Positions 29,300-38,325 of a DNA stretch of 64,000 nucleotides are shown here, piece after piece. The stretch's first letter is position 1. Each line of letters begins with the position of its first letter. The stretch covers positions 4,975 to 68,974 of the forward strand of contig DAOVCJ010000002.1 of NCBI GenBank assembly GCA_030670085.1, read 5' to 3'. This DNA comes from Candidatus Aenigmatarchaeota archaeon. Lineage in GTDB: Archaea; Aenigmatarchaeota; Aenigmatarchaeia; QMZP01. The position numbers and the translations under genes were made by a program. The notes beneath the pieces are model-generated. The model was given only the letters and a program-made list of their open reading frames with translations. It was not told where the DNA came from and did not search any database.

Positions 29300-29557
29300 A
29301 TGGAAGAAGAAAAGAAAAATGAAGTGGAAGAAGAAGAGAAAGAAGAAACAGAAGAAGAAAAAAAGGAAGAAGAGAAAGAAGAAGTGAAAAAAGATAGTGA
29401 GAAGGAACAGGAAAAGGACAGATTCGGAAGAACACTGTACACTGCAACGTGTTCTGATTGCGGAAAAGAGACAAAGGTCCCCTTCAAGCCGTCAGGAGAC
29501 AAACCTGTCTATTGCATGGAATGTTACCAAAAGCACAGACCGAAGAGAAGCTTTTAA
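29300..29557 (+). CDS. Small acidic protein with a C-terminal CxxC...CxxC zinc ribbon
   Basis: E/K-rich N-terminus, then CSDCGKETKVPFKPSGDKPVYCMECY. Confidence 0.4.
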   Translation: MEEEKKNEVEEEEKEETEEEKKEEEKEEVKKDSEKEQEKDRFGRTLYTATCSDCGKETKVPFKPSGDKPVYCMECYQKHRPKRSF

Positions 29558-29690
29558 TCTATTTGATATAGCGGTCTTTGATTCTTTGTTCTGATTTTCC
29601 TAGTTTTTACACTAAGGTTGTTTTTTGGTTCAGGAATCTCCATTGTTTAAAAGCCGGGGAGACAATAATTAGATTAAAGGAGGGATAAAA

Positions 29691-29936
29691 ATGATGACAG
29701 TTTTTGAGGAGATAAAGAAGCAGACCCTGACCTTAATGACAGCGGCTCTAGCTTTCGTTGCAGCGCTTATCTGGAAAGATGCGATATCCGCATGGCTGGC
29801 ACCATTGTACGGGAGTGCAGAGGGTGCATCGAGCCTTACGATAGCAGCCCTTGTAGTGACAGTGGTTGTTGTTATAGTAACCATAGTGCTGGCAAAACTA
29901 CTCGCACCAAAGGAAGCAAAAGAGGCATCCAAATAG
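29691..29936 (+). CDS. Small membrane protein (81 aa)
   Basis: Hydrophobic helices. Preceded by AAGGAGGG. Confidence 0.35.
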   Translation: MMTVFEEIKKQTLTLMTAALAFVAALIWKDAISAWLAPLYGSAEGASSLTIAALVVTVVVVIVTIVLAKLLAPKEAKEASK

Positions 29937-30078
29937 TAAAAAACATCTGAAGCGATTAATGCAGAATTCTGATAGTTCTGGTTACGATGCCCATAGAATT
30001 CGAATCAGGAAAAGGACTCAAAACATATTTAATTCAGAGAAACAAATAATACTTAATAATTTTTGATTCGGAGGTGGA

Positions 30079-30480
30079 TTGATGACGAAGAAGGCCAAAA
30101 AGACAGAAGCCAAGAAAGCAGAGAAAAAGGAAAAGCCAAAAGAAACGAAGGAAAGGTTCGCATTCCCAGAGGCGTGTATTGTAAGGATAATGAGGAAGCA
30201 CCTGGACAAGGAGAAGATGATAAAGAAGGACGTCAAGGTAGGGATGAACAAGTGGCTCGAGAAAGTTTGCTCGAACGTCGCGAAAACCATGAACAAGTTC
30301 CCCTACGTTATGATGACGAAGAGCGAGTTCAGCAGGGGAATAAAGGTTTATGAGACACTAGAAGAGTTCGATAAAGAGAAAGAAAGGATACTCGCTCATA
30401 TGGATGCAATGAAAAAGGACATAGAGAAACTCGAAAGGGATTTGGGCAAGACAGAGCAGGAAGTTCTGGAGATGAGTTAA
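30079..30480 (+). CDS. Histone-fold-like protein with an N-terminal Lys-rich tail and a C-terminal coiled-coil extension
   Basis: Tail MTKKAKKTEAKKAEKKEKPKETKE. The core FPEACIVRIMRKHL...KDVKVGMNKWLEKVCSNVAKTM aligns with HMfB/NF-YB helices 1 and 2 (LPIAPIGRIIK ... IASEAIKLA). This is pattern-level evidence only. Confidence 0.4.
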   Translation: MMTKKAKKTEAKKAEKKEKPKETKERFAFPEACIVRIMRKHLDKEKMIKKDVKVGMNKWLEKVCSNVAKTMNKFPYVMMTKSEFSRGIKVYETLEEFDKEKERILAHMDAMKKDIEKLERDLGKTEQEVLEMS

Positions 30481-30542
30481 ACCTCCTGGTTCTTTTAAAA
30501 TAAATAAAAACCATTTTACTATACCTAAGTATATAAGCGTAT

Positions 30543-30572
30543 GACGGCTTGACCATATCGGATTAAGCCGTC
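30543..30572 (+). repeat. Hairpin element copy 9 (GACGGCTT-N14-AAGCCGTC) in the tRNA 5' leader
   Basis: Perfect 8-bp stem with a 14-nt loop. Flanked by AAGCGTAT, as is copy 10. The AT-rich stretch ttttactatacctaagtatataag (30514-30537) just upstream may be the promoter. Confidence 0.8.
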
Positions 30573-30584
30573 TCTCAAAGGATC

Positions 30585-30788
30585 GCGGGGGTACCCAAGC
30601 GGTCAAAGCGTATGACGGCTTAAACAGATTGGATAAAGCCGTCTGTGACTAAAGGGGCTAGCCTAAGGAGCTAGTGGCTTAGAACCCTTTTCGTTCCAAA
30701 CACACAAAAGCGTTCGTGGAAAAGAAAGGGTGAGTAATGCCTTCCTGGGTTCGAACCTCGAAAACGAGCGAAAATCCCAGCCCCCGCA
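30585..30788 (+). tRNA. Putative class-II (Leu/Ser-like) tRNA gene with multiple non-canonical introns; anticodon unresolved
   Basis: 7 of 7 acceptor pairing GCGGGGG (30585-91) / CCCCCGC (30781-87) plus discriminator A. D-arm TACCCAAGCGGTCAAAG. T-arm CTGGG-TTCGAAC-[19-nt insert with CTCGaaaaCGAG]-CCCAG. Hairpin copy 10 (30614-30643) interrupts the D region. The 204 nt minus about 120 nt of inserts gives the size of a class-II tRNA. Candidate anticodon loops are CTTAGAA (UAG) at 30678-84 or CTAAGGA at 30663-69. Confidence 0.55.
30614..30643 (+). repeat. Hairpin element copy 10 (GACGGCTT-N14-AAGCCGTC) inside the putative tRNA (intron-like)
   Basis: Same flanks as copy 9, which lies 71 nt upstream. 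Loop aaacagattggata. Confidence 0.75.
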
Positions 30789-30795
30789 TAATTTC

Positions 30796-31641
30796 TTAGT
30801 AGTAAGTAAGGAACCTCAGGCCCCCATATACCATGGAACATCCCAGACCAAAGTTGCCTAAAAGTTTCCAGAACCCGTCCCATGTCCTGTTTTTTGAGAG
30901 AACATACCTTCTAAGCATCCCCTTTGCAACCCATGCCCTGGGCGGGGAGTAGTTCTGGTTTATGTAATTCATGACCTCCATGTAGGACCTTGCTAACCTC
31001 TTCTTTGCCCAGTCCATCAGAACAGAAAGGGACATGTAATCTGTCTGGAATTCCACCCTACCGGCTTTTATCTCCTTCAGGGCACTGTCAAGGTCATACG
31101 CATTCATTTCATTCACAGCCAGACCAAACATGTCCTCTGTATGGGAATCAGATCCCACCACCATGGGTTTTCCAAACTCCTCTGCCTTGTTAAAGGCTAG
31201 CCTGTTCGAGAGCCTGTCAAGGTTCATGGAATTGAACACCTCCACAGCATCCACGTAGTATATCCCGTTCTTAATCCCCTGCCCCCTCAGATCAAACGGG
31301 TGGGGGGCCATTACCAAACCGCCCTGCTCATGGATCTTTTCAACAGTCTCTTGTAAACCAAGGTCCCTGTCTATGTGTTCATTTAGACCCAGCCCAATTA
31401 GATGCCCCTTCCGTGTGCTTATCTCAATACCGGGTATGAAAACCAGTCCGTATTCCCTTGCTGCTCTCTTTGCCTCTTTCCATGCCCTGAAGTCATCATG
31501 ATCTGTTATTGCAACACCAAAAATTCCCCTGAGCCTGGCTGCCTTCATAATCTCCCTTGGAGACATGAACGCCTCCCAAGGTATCTTCTTTCCCAACGAG
31601 TAATGGGAGTGACAGTGGAGCTCGAATTTCATCACTTTCAC
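30796..31641 (-). CDS. PHP-domain metal-dependent phosphoesterase
   Basis: N-terminal HCHSHYS...ITDHDD motifs of the PHP family. Confidence 0.75.
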   Translation of the reverse strand: MKVMKFELHCHSHYSLGKKIPWEAFMSPREIMKAARLRGIFGVAITDHDDFRAWKEAKRAAREYGLVFIPGIEISTRKGHLIGLGLNEHIDRDLGLQETVEKIHEQGGLVMAPHPFDLRGQGIKNGIYYVDAVEVFNSMNLDRLSNRLAFNKAEEFGKPMVVGSDSHTEDMFGLAVNEMNAYDLDSALKEIKAGRVEFQTDYMSLSVLMDWAKKRLARSYMEVMNYINQNYSPPRAWVAKGMLRRYVLSKNRTWDGFWKLLGNFGLGCSMVYGGLRFLTYY

Positions 31642-31709
31642 CTAACACTTATTATTTAATAAACACAACAATTATAATATTAACCCATTATAAATGTTTA
31701 ATACTAATA

Positions 31710-32438
31710 GTGCAGATGGTGATTAATATCAAAGTACCTACCAGCTTGGGAATCATACCGGATGGAAACAGGAGATTCGCCAAGAGGCTTCTTGAGAACC
31801 CAGGAAAGGGACATGAATGGGGAATGAAAAAGATAGAGAAAATTATGGAGTGGTGCAGGGAGCTGAATATAAAGAATGTAACCTTCTATACACTCTCTCT
31901 TGAGAACCTGGACAGAAGGCCGAAGGAGGAGCTGGATTTTCTCTTTGCCCTTGCGAGAAACGAGCTCACTGATGTCATAAACAACCCCAACCACTGGGTC
32001 CATGAGACCAGGACAAGAATGAGTTTTTTCGGCCAGCTTCACAGGCTCCCGGAGGATCTGCAGGAAAGGGTAGAGAGGGCAAGGGAAAAGACAAAGAACT
32101 ACAAAGACTACAATCTGAATCTTGCGATAGCCTACGGAGGCAGGCAGGAGATACTGGATGCTGTTAGGAGAATAGCATCAGAGATTTCGGAGGGGAGGCT
32201 CTCACCCAATGATATCAATGAACTAGTCTTTAGGCATAACCTCTACACAGATGGAACACCTGACCCTGACCTGATAATAAGGACTGGTGGGGAGAAGAGG
32301 ACTTCTAATTTCCTGACCTTCCAGTCAACCTACTCTGAGCTCATATTCCTGGACACACTGTGGCCCGAGCTTGAGAAAGAGGAGTTTTTCAACGCTGTGA
32401 GGGAGTTTATGGAGAGGGAAAGGAGATTCGGAAGATAG
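31710..32438 (+). CDS. uppS: Isoprenyl transferase (cis-prenyltransferase, UppS family)
   Basis: IIPDGNRRFAKR, RTGGEKRTSNF and the conserved C-terminal RRFG. Confidence 0.8.
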   Translation: MQMVINIKVPTSLGIIPDGNRRFAKRLLENPGKGHEWGMKKIEKIMEWCRELNIKNVTFYTLSLENLDRRPKEELDFLFALARNELTDVINNPNHWVHETRTRMSFFGQLHRLPEDLQERVERAREKTKNYKDYNLNLAIAYGGRQEILDAVRRIASEISEGRLSPNDINELVFRHNLYTDGTPDPDLIIRTGGEKRTSNFLTFQSTYSELIFLDTLWPELEKEEFFNAVREFMERERRFGR

Positions 32439-32588
32439 GCGTATGATACTGATTTTCTGGTAAAAATGAGCCAAAAACCGCTAAAAAGAGCAAAACATTT
32501 ATATACTTGATGGTTAATCTAATATAATCCGGCCCTACGGGGTAAAATAAGGATTTAAATACCGGATTCAAAATTCAAAGGTTTGATG

Positions 32589-32633
32589 TTGAATCTTTGA
32601 TTCAACAGCTGTAAAACAACAAAGTTGTTTTAC
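32589..32633 (+). promoter_or_regulatory. Two stem-loops in the long tuf 5' leader
   Basis: TTGAATC-ttt-GATTCAA (32589-32605) and GTAAAACAAC-aaag-TTGTTTTAC (32611-32633). A TATA-like tttatatac lies near 32501. GGAGGTG sits 8 nt before the ATG. Confidence 0.4.
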
Positions 32634-32663
32634 ATTTGATATTCAATATGGAGGTGTATTAAC

Positions 32664-33932
32664 ATGGCAGATAAACCACATATCAACGTAATAACAGCAG
32701 GTCATGTAGACCACGGCAAATCAACCCTAATCGGAAGACTATTGTTCGATTCAGGTTCACTATCAGATCAGGAACTCAGGAAGCTCAAGGAGAAAGCGAA
32801 AGAACTGAAGAAGGAAACATTCGAGTTCGCTTTCGTTATGGATCAGCTGAAGGAGGAAAGAGAGAGGGGTTTGACCATAGACCTCATGTACAAACCAATA
32901 CAAACAGACAAGCTGTACATAACCATAATCGACTGCCCAGGACACAGGGATTTCATCAAGAACATGATAACGGGAGCGAGCCAGGCAGATGCAGCTATTC
33001 TAGTCGTATCAGCAAAGGATGGGGTACAGGAGCAGACAAAGGAGCACCTATACCTCGCAAAGGTTCTTGGAATCACACAGATAGTTGTAGCAGTTAACAA
33101 GATGGACACTGTGGATTACAAAGAAGACAAGTACAATGAGGTAAAGGAGCAGGTTGGCAAGATACTGACAACCCTTGGATACAAGATGGACGATGTACCA
33201 TTCATACCGGTTTCTGCATACGTTGGAGACAACGTGGTCAAGAAATCAGACAAGCTTGGGTGGTTCAAGGGACCGATTTTGATAGAAGCCCTTGACAAGA
33301 CATTCAAGGCACCAGAAAAGCCAGTGGACAAGCCCTTGAGGCTGCCTGTTCAGGATGTCTACACCATAACTGGTGTGGGAACCGTTCCTGTAGGAAGAGT
33401 TGAGACAGGCGTTATGAAGCCAGGAGACAAGATAGTCTTCATGCCAAGCGGCGCAAAGGGTGAAGTAAAGTCAATAGAGATGCACCACAAGCAGCTGGAA
33501 AAGGCAGAGCCAGGAGACAACGTTGGTTTCAACGTGAGAGGTGTAGCGAAAAACGAGATCAGAAGGGGAGATGTTGTCGGACATGACAAAAACCCACCAA
33601 CAGTCGCAAAAGAGTTCACTGGACAGATAATCGTGCTGCAGCATCCGACTGTGGTGACCAAGGGTTATACGCCAGTGTTCCACACCCACACAGCACACGT
33701 TGCATGCAAGATAACAGAGATAGTGAAGAAGATCGATCCGAAGTCAGGAGCAACCATACAGGAGAAACCAGACATGCTGAAATCCGGTGACGCAGCTATA
33801 ATCAAGGTGCAGCCAACACAACCACTCGCTGTAGAAAAGCAGTCAGACTTCCCACAGCTTGCAAAGTTTGCAATCAGGGACATGGGCAAGACAGTTGCCG
33901 CAGGTATCATAATAGACTTGGTAAAGGCTTAA
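32664..33932 (+). CDS. tuf: Translation elongation factor EF-1alpha
   Basis: [17 protein letters not shown] and NKMD GTPase motifs. Length 422 aa. Confidence 0.95.
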   Translation: MADKPHINVITAGHVDHGKSTLIGRLLFDSGSLSDQELRKLKEKAKELKKETFEFAFVMDQLKEERERGLTIDLMYKPIQTDKLYITIIDCPGHRDFIKNMITGASQADAAILVVSAKDGVQEQTKEHLYLAKVLGITQIVVAVNKMDTVDYKEDKYNEVKEQVGKILTTLGYKMDDVPFIPVSAYVGDNVVKKSDKLGWFKGPILIEALDKTFKAPEKPVDKPLRLPVQDVYTITGVGTVPVGRVETGVMKPGDKIVFMPSGAKGEVKSIEMHHKQLEKAEPGDNVGFNVRGVAKNEIRRGDVVGHDKNPPTVAKEFTGQIIVLQHPTVVTKGYTPVFHTHTAHVACKITEIVKKIDPKSGATIQEKPDMLKSGDAAIIKVQPTQPLAVEKQSDFPQLAKFAIRDMGKTVAAGIIIDLVKA

Positions 33933-34033
33933 TTTAATCCTTTACCCTTTCTTTTTATTTTTGTTTTGTTAGTTCTTTTTCTAGCTGAATCGAGATAATC
34001 AGAATAAAAGCGCTGGGAGAGGGAAATTCGAGG

Positions 34034-34063
34034 GACGACTTTTTTCAATATACCCAAGTCGTC
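34034..34063 (+). repeat. Hairpin element copy 11 (GACGACTT-N14-AAGTCGTC) downstream of tuf
   Basis: Perfect 8-bp stem with a 14-nt loop ttttcaatataccc, followed by CATGCG as in copy 5. Confidence 0.8.
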
Positions 34064-34227
34064 ATGCGCTTTTCGAACCCCCATGCCCATACGGGCACAC
34101 GCTATTTATTCCCGTTTTTGCTCACCCGCTTTTTGTGAAAGCGGCGAGCTCCTGTAAAAAGCGGGTCTCCAAGCGTGCTCCTTAACCATTCGGACATCCC
34201 AGCACAATCAAGCCCTTATCGCTGTAA

Positions 34228-34422
34228 TCACTGCATAGGATTATGCTCTATTTTATTCTTTAAATCCTTCTTCTTTCCTGGTTTGATCTTTTCTGCACAA
34301 GCCCTACAAACACCGAGCTCATGGTCAAAACAGTTGTTGCAAACTATTGCCCCACACATCCTGCAGGAGTAAGCGGGACTCGCAAGGCCCTTACAGTGCA
34401 TGCAGATACCTGCTTTTTCCAT
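34228..34422 (-). CDS. Small Cys-rich protein with two CxxC pairs (zinc-ribbon/rubredoxin-like)
   Basis: CMHCKG...CRMCGAIVCNNC...CRAC. Length 64 aa. Confidence 0.4.
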   Translation of the reverse strand: MEKAGICMHCKGLASPAYSCRMCGAIVCNNCFDHELGVCRACAEKIKPGKKKDLKNKIEHNPMQ

Positions 34423-34457
34423 ATATATACTTCAGAATAAGTATATAAAATGATTAT

Positions 34458-35411
34458 ATGAAGACAATGATTCTCACCCATGCCGATTGCGATGGGATGT
34501 GCGCAGGAGCGATTGCCCTGGCAAGATTCCCTGATGCAAATGTATTCTTCACAAAGCCCGTTTCCCTATACCACGACCTCCAGAACACAGAGGCAGACAG
34601 AATAATAATAACTGATATAGCTCTGACAAAGCGGGATGCTCCAAACATATTAAAACTCTTCGGGGAAAAGAATGAGATTCTTTACTTCGATCACCACATA
34701 GTTCCCAGAACCATCAAAAAACAGGAGATAGGTAAGAAAGTCAAGGTCTTCATTCACGAACTGGACACGAGCTCCTCTGAGATAATATACAGGTATTACC
34801 AGAAGGATATTCCCAGGGAGAGAGTATGGATCGCGATTTACGGAGCGATAGGAGATTATTCAGATGATACTGAATTCGTGAAGGAAAGAATACTCAACTG
34901 GGACAGGAGGGCCCTGTTCTTTGAGGTCTCCACCATAGTATTGGGGATAAAGAACGATGAGTTCGAGGGTTATGATGCAAAGAGAAGGATAGTCAGGACC
35001 CTTGCAAGGGGTGAGAACCCTTCTGACGTTCCAGGCCTTGTGAAATCCGCAAAGGAGGCGGTGAACAGGGAGTTCGACCTGTACGAAATTATAAAAAGGA
35101 AAGCGAAAGTTTTTGGAAATATCGCCTACACCAAGGATTTACCATCATTTGGCTTCAGGGGTCCGTCTGCCCTTTTTGCTGCAACCACTAGGGGAAAGCC
35201 ATTAGGCCTTTACGTCCACACAAGGGAGAAATACATCGATATAACCATGAGAGCCAGAACCAAAAAACTCAGGCTGAACGAACTCGCAGAAGACGCGGCT
35301 GAGGCGGTTAAGGGGTCCGGTGGGGGGCACCCAGAAGCTGCGGGGGCAAAGATACCCGTAGGTAGCTTCAATATGTTTCTGAAGAATCTTAACAAACTGA
35401 TTCAGATATAA
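34458..35411 (+). CDS. DHH/DHHA1-family phosphoesterase (NrnA/RecJ-like)
   Basis: N-terminal DHH region LTHADCDGMC and a C-terminal DHHA1 GGGH motif (GSGGGHPEAAG). Confidence 0.7.
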   Translation: MKTMILTHADCDGMCAGAIALARFPDANVFFTKPVSLYHDLQNTEADRIIITDIALTKRDAPNILKLFGEKNEILYFDHHIVPRTIKKQEIGKKVKVFIHELDTSSSEIIYRYYQKDIPRERVWIAIYGAIGDYSDDTEFVKERILNWDRRALFFEVSTIVLGIKNDEFEGYDAKRRIVRTLARGENPSDVPGLVKSAKEAVNREFDLYEIIKRKAKVFGNIAYTKDLPSFGFRGPSALFAATTRGKPLGLYVHTREKYIDITMRARTKKLRLNELAEDAAEAVKGSGGGHPEAAGAKIPVGSFNMFLKNLNKLIQI

Positions 35412-37501
35412 TCCCTGCCCACGTATTCTACAACGTCACCCATACCCGAGGGTATGACCACCTGGAATTCATCAAGAGGGATTTGCTCTATTAGGCTCTT
35501 GTCTTCTGGCCTTGCCTTTATCAGTATCTTGCTCTTTATGTTTTTTGCCAGCTCCATGGACTTCTTGAACCCCGGTCTTATGGTTACAAAGTAATCCGAA
35601 TTCTTCCTGATCGCCATCACAGGCCCGGACAGAACATTTGCTACTCTCTCCTCCCTGTCTATCTTCACACCAACAGAGAGCTTGAGCTCCATGTTCCTGT
35701 ACCATTCCCTCTCCCCATGTATCATAAAGGAACCCTTTGGCAGGTACTGTCCTGAAGGAGGGGTTTTTGAAACCCGGTCCGGGTTCACAGAGAAGATATC
35801 CACGTTTCCCATCCCCCTTGCCCATGCCTTGGAGTTCGCAGCCGCGAATTCAGCGGCCTCCTTTTTCGTCTCCTCAGGGATGTCATGACCCTCTGACTTT
35901 ATGATCACGAACGCAGCTCCCGGAATGTCTGCATGAAAAACCTGGTCCTTGCCCTCGGTATGCTTCTTCAGCAGCGTCTCATTCTGACTCGCATTCCGTC
36001 CGGCCACGACCAGGAACCCCTGTGATGAACAGAACCACTTGAACTTCTCAAACCACTTTCTCCTGGGCCTCGGTTTGGCCTCCAGGGAGGTTTCCAAGGG
36101 GGTTTCCAGAACTGTTTCCTTCCATTCTGTTTCATTTTCTTCTATTGGTTTTGGCTCTTCCTCATATCCCCTTTTCTCAACAGGGAAAACCTCCTTCCTG
36201 AAATCCCTCTGCTCCTGCTCAATAACCTCCTTCTCTGCCCGCTCAAGCTTTCCCTCATGTTCTTCCTTTGCTTCCTCTGTTCCCCCAAACTTCTTCTTTG
36301 CCCACTTGGCATCCTCATAGTATTTCTGCGCGTTCTCCTCAGGACTCTTTCTAATATCTATCAGAACATCCTTTCCCCCGAGATCCAGTATCACAACACC
36401 ATCATTCTCCCTTATCTCTTTTATTGCTTCAGCCTCTGGCGTCCCTTCAGACTTTATTCTCTGCTTTATCTCATCCCAGGAAAGCCCAGAATCCTTCGCT
36501 TTTCTTATCCCATTCAATACACCCTCAACCGTTGAGTAGTTATTGTAAATCCTCTCAGCTGAATCTCTGGAATCCTTCTCAATCCTCTCCCATTTCTCCA
36601 ATGCTTCTTCCTGACGCTCAACTATCCTCTCCACCTTCTCCTTCTTCTCCTCAACCACCTCCTTGACCTTCTCCTTCGCTATTTCTATCTCCTGTCCAGA
36701 AAAGAACTCATCCAATGCTTCTGAAAAACTTCCGAAGGGTTTTGATTCCCTTTCCTTGAATATCTCCAGTGGGAATGGTGAAACAGTTTCATCATAAATC
36801 CTAGACTCCGGCTTCTCGTCACCTATGCCTGCAATCACCTCATGCAGTTTTAGTATGTCATTGAAATTCAGATCGTTTGTAAGCTTACCCTCATCAATTC
36901 TCGCTCTCGAGCAGATCTCTGATGCATACACAGAACCGAACCCGAGGTTTTTTGCAAGGTAAGCTATCGTTTTCTTCTCCACCCTCGCAAGCGAGCGTTT
37001 CAGGGAATCCAGGTCGAGCTCGAAGGGATTCGAGGGTTTTGGAGGATATTTATAAGGGCTCTTGGGTCTGATCTCCCTGTCCCTCCACCTCTGAACCTGC
37101 AAGGGCATTATAACCTCGTAGGATGTATCGCAAAGGATAACGTTTCCCGGCGACAACAGCTCAAAAATTAGGATGCTCTCAGCTGTGGATACCTCGACTA
37201 TTCTGTCAAAATCATGCTGCTTAACATCGAGAATCTTCTTACCCATCAGATGCTTCCTAAGGAACATGCAGAAGCTTGGCGGCTCTTGGGGTATTGCTTT
37301 CTTTCGCTTGGTAAGGAATATCTTCTTTCCGTCGGCGTACAGCCAGAACGCCCCCTTTGCGGGAACGAAGATCTCGAAGAGGAACTGCTTCGTTTTCCCC
37401 CCATACTGATAGATCTTCCTGAACATCCCCCCTGTTAAATTCTCCCTCAGTTCCTTTACCAGGAATTTCAAATCCAGAGAGGTTATTTCTGTTTTCTCCA
37501 T
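35402..37501 (-). CDS. NFACT-family protein (FbpA/Tae2/RqcH-like, ribosome quality control)
   Basis: NFACT-N at the N-terminus, a coiled coil, and an NFACT-R/DUF814 segment (GFLVVAGRNASQNETLLKKH...FHADIPGAAFVII). Confidence 0.7.
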   Translation of the reverse strand: MEKTEITSLDLKFLVKELRENLTGGMFRKIYQYGGKTKQFLFEIFVPAKGAFWLYADGKKIFLTKRKKAIPQEPPSFCMFLRKHLMGKKILDVKQHDFDRIVEVSTAESILIFELLSPGNVILCDTSYEVIMPLQVQRWRDREIRPKSPYKYPPKPSNPFELDLDSLKRSLARVEKKTIAYLAKNLGFGSVYASEICSRARIDEGKLTNDLNFNDILKLHEVIAGIGDEKPESRIYDETVSPFPLEIFKERESKPFGSFSEALDEFFSGQEIEIAKEKVKEVVEEKKEKVERIVERQEEALEKWERIEKDSRDSAERIYNNYSTVEGVLNGIRKAKDSGLSWDEIKQRIKSEGTPEAEAIKEIRENDGVVILDLGGKDVLIDIRKSPEENAQKYYEDAKWAKKKFGGTEEAKEEHEGKLERAEKEVIEQEQRDFRKEVFPVEKRGYEEEPKPIEENETEWKETVLETPLETSLEAKPRPRRKWFEKFKWFCSSQGFLVVAGRNASQNETLLKKHTEGKDQVFHADIPGAAFVIIKSEGHDIPEETKKEAAEFAAANSKAWARGMGNVDIFSVNPDRVSKTPPSGQYLPKGSFMIHGEREWYRNMELKLSVGVKIDREERVANVLSGPVMAIRKNSDYFVTIRPGFKKSMELAKNIKSKILIKARPEDKSLIEQIPLDEFQVVIPSGMGDVVEYVGRDYI

Positions 37502-37530
37502 GCTTAAGAATTGGTACCCGGAGATTAAAT

Positions 37531-38313
37531 TTATATGTTCAAGGAAAAGAATTTGATTGCATTTTTCCTAGCATGCTCTAGGACTTCTTCCTTCGAAATC
37601 TTCTTTATGTCAGCGATCTTTTCTGCAGATATCTTTATGTTCCATGGGTAGTTGGGTTCTGGCCTGTTAGGGGAAAGCCAGGGAGCATCTGTCTCCAGGA
37701 GAATCTTTTCCAAGGGTATAATCTTGACCAGTTTCTTGTGGTTCTTGGAAAAGCATACCTGTGTTGAGACAGATATCCAGAACCCATTGTCAAGGATATG
37801 CTGTGCAAGCTCCCTTGACCCAGAGAAGCAGTGAAAAACACACCTTAATCCCGAGTCCTTGACCATCTCAAAACAGTCCTGCTCAGCGTCCCATGAATGT
37901 ATGACCAGCGGGAGCTTCGTTTTCTTTGCGATGTCAATAAACTTCTGGAAGATTTTTTTCTGCTCTTCTCTCTTTTGAGGGTCCTTTTCCCAATGATAAT
38001 CCAAGCCACATTCCCCCACCCCGACTATCTTGTCGCGGTTTTTCTCAATGAGTTCTAAAACGCCTTCATGGTTTGTTCCCTCTGTCGGGTGGAAGCCAAG
38101 GGTGGGGAAGATGAATTTTTCGTTTTTCCCAGCCAGCTCCACGACCCTCAGACCCTCGTCATACCTTGCAGAAGACACGACGATACCAGCCATCTCCTTC
38201 TTCGCTTTTTCAACTACTTCATCCACACTCTTGTATGCTCCTGGAAAACAAAGGTGGCAGTGTATGTCAATCATAAGTTTATAATGAGCAAAGAATATAT
38301 TAAATGTTTTCAA
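37531..38313 (-). CDS. TatD-family metal-dependent hydrolase
   Basis: IDIHCHL near the N-terminus, GECGLDYHW, and the size of a TIM-barrel TatD. Confidence 0.85.
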   Translation of the reverse strand: MKTFNIFFAHYKLMIDIHCHLCFPGAYKSVDEVVEKAKKEMAGIVVSSARYDEGLRVVELAGKNEKFIFPTLGFHPTEGTNHEGVLELIEKNRDKIVGVGECGLDYHWEKDPQKREEQKKIFQKFIDIAKKTKLPLVIHSWDAEQDCFEMVKDSGLRCVFHCFSGSRELAQHILDNGFWISVSTQVCFSKNHKKLVKIIPLEKILLETDAPWLSPNRPEPNYPWNIKISAEKIADIKKISKEEVLEHARKNAIKFFSLNI

Positions 38314-38325
38314 ATAACTGGTATT

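Noticed and set aside
30663-30684. A definite anticodon call for the putative tRNA
   Set aside because: Two mutually exclusive loop models exist (CTAAGGA gives A34, which is unusual in archaea; CTTAGAA gives UAG). I cannot resolve the intron boundaries by eye, so no anticodon or isotype is asserted.
38068-38325. N-terminal 86 aa of ORF 38068..38760
   Set aside because: It overlaps tatD on the opposite strand. The internal ATG at 38326 (MKIVICGS) begins the recognisable domain.
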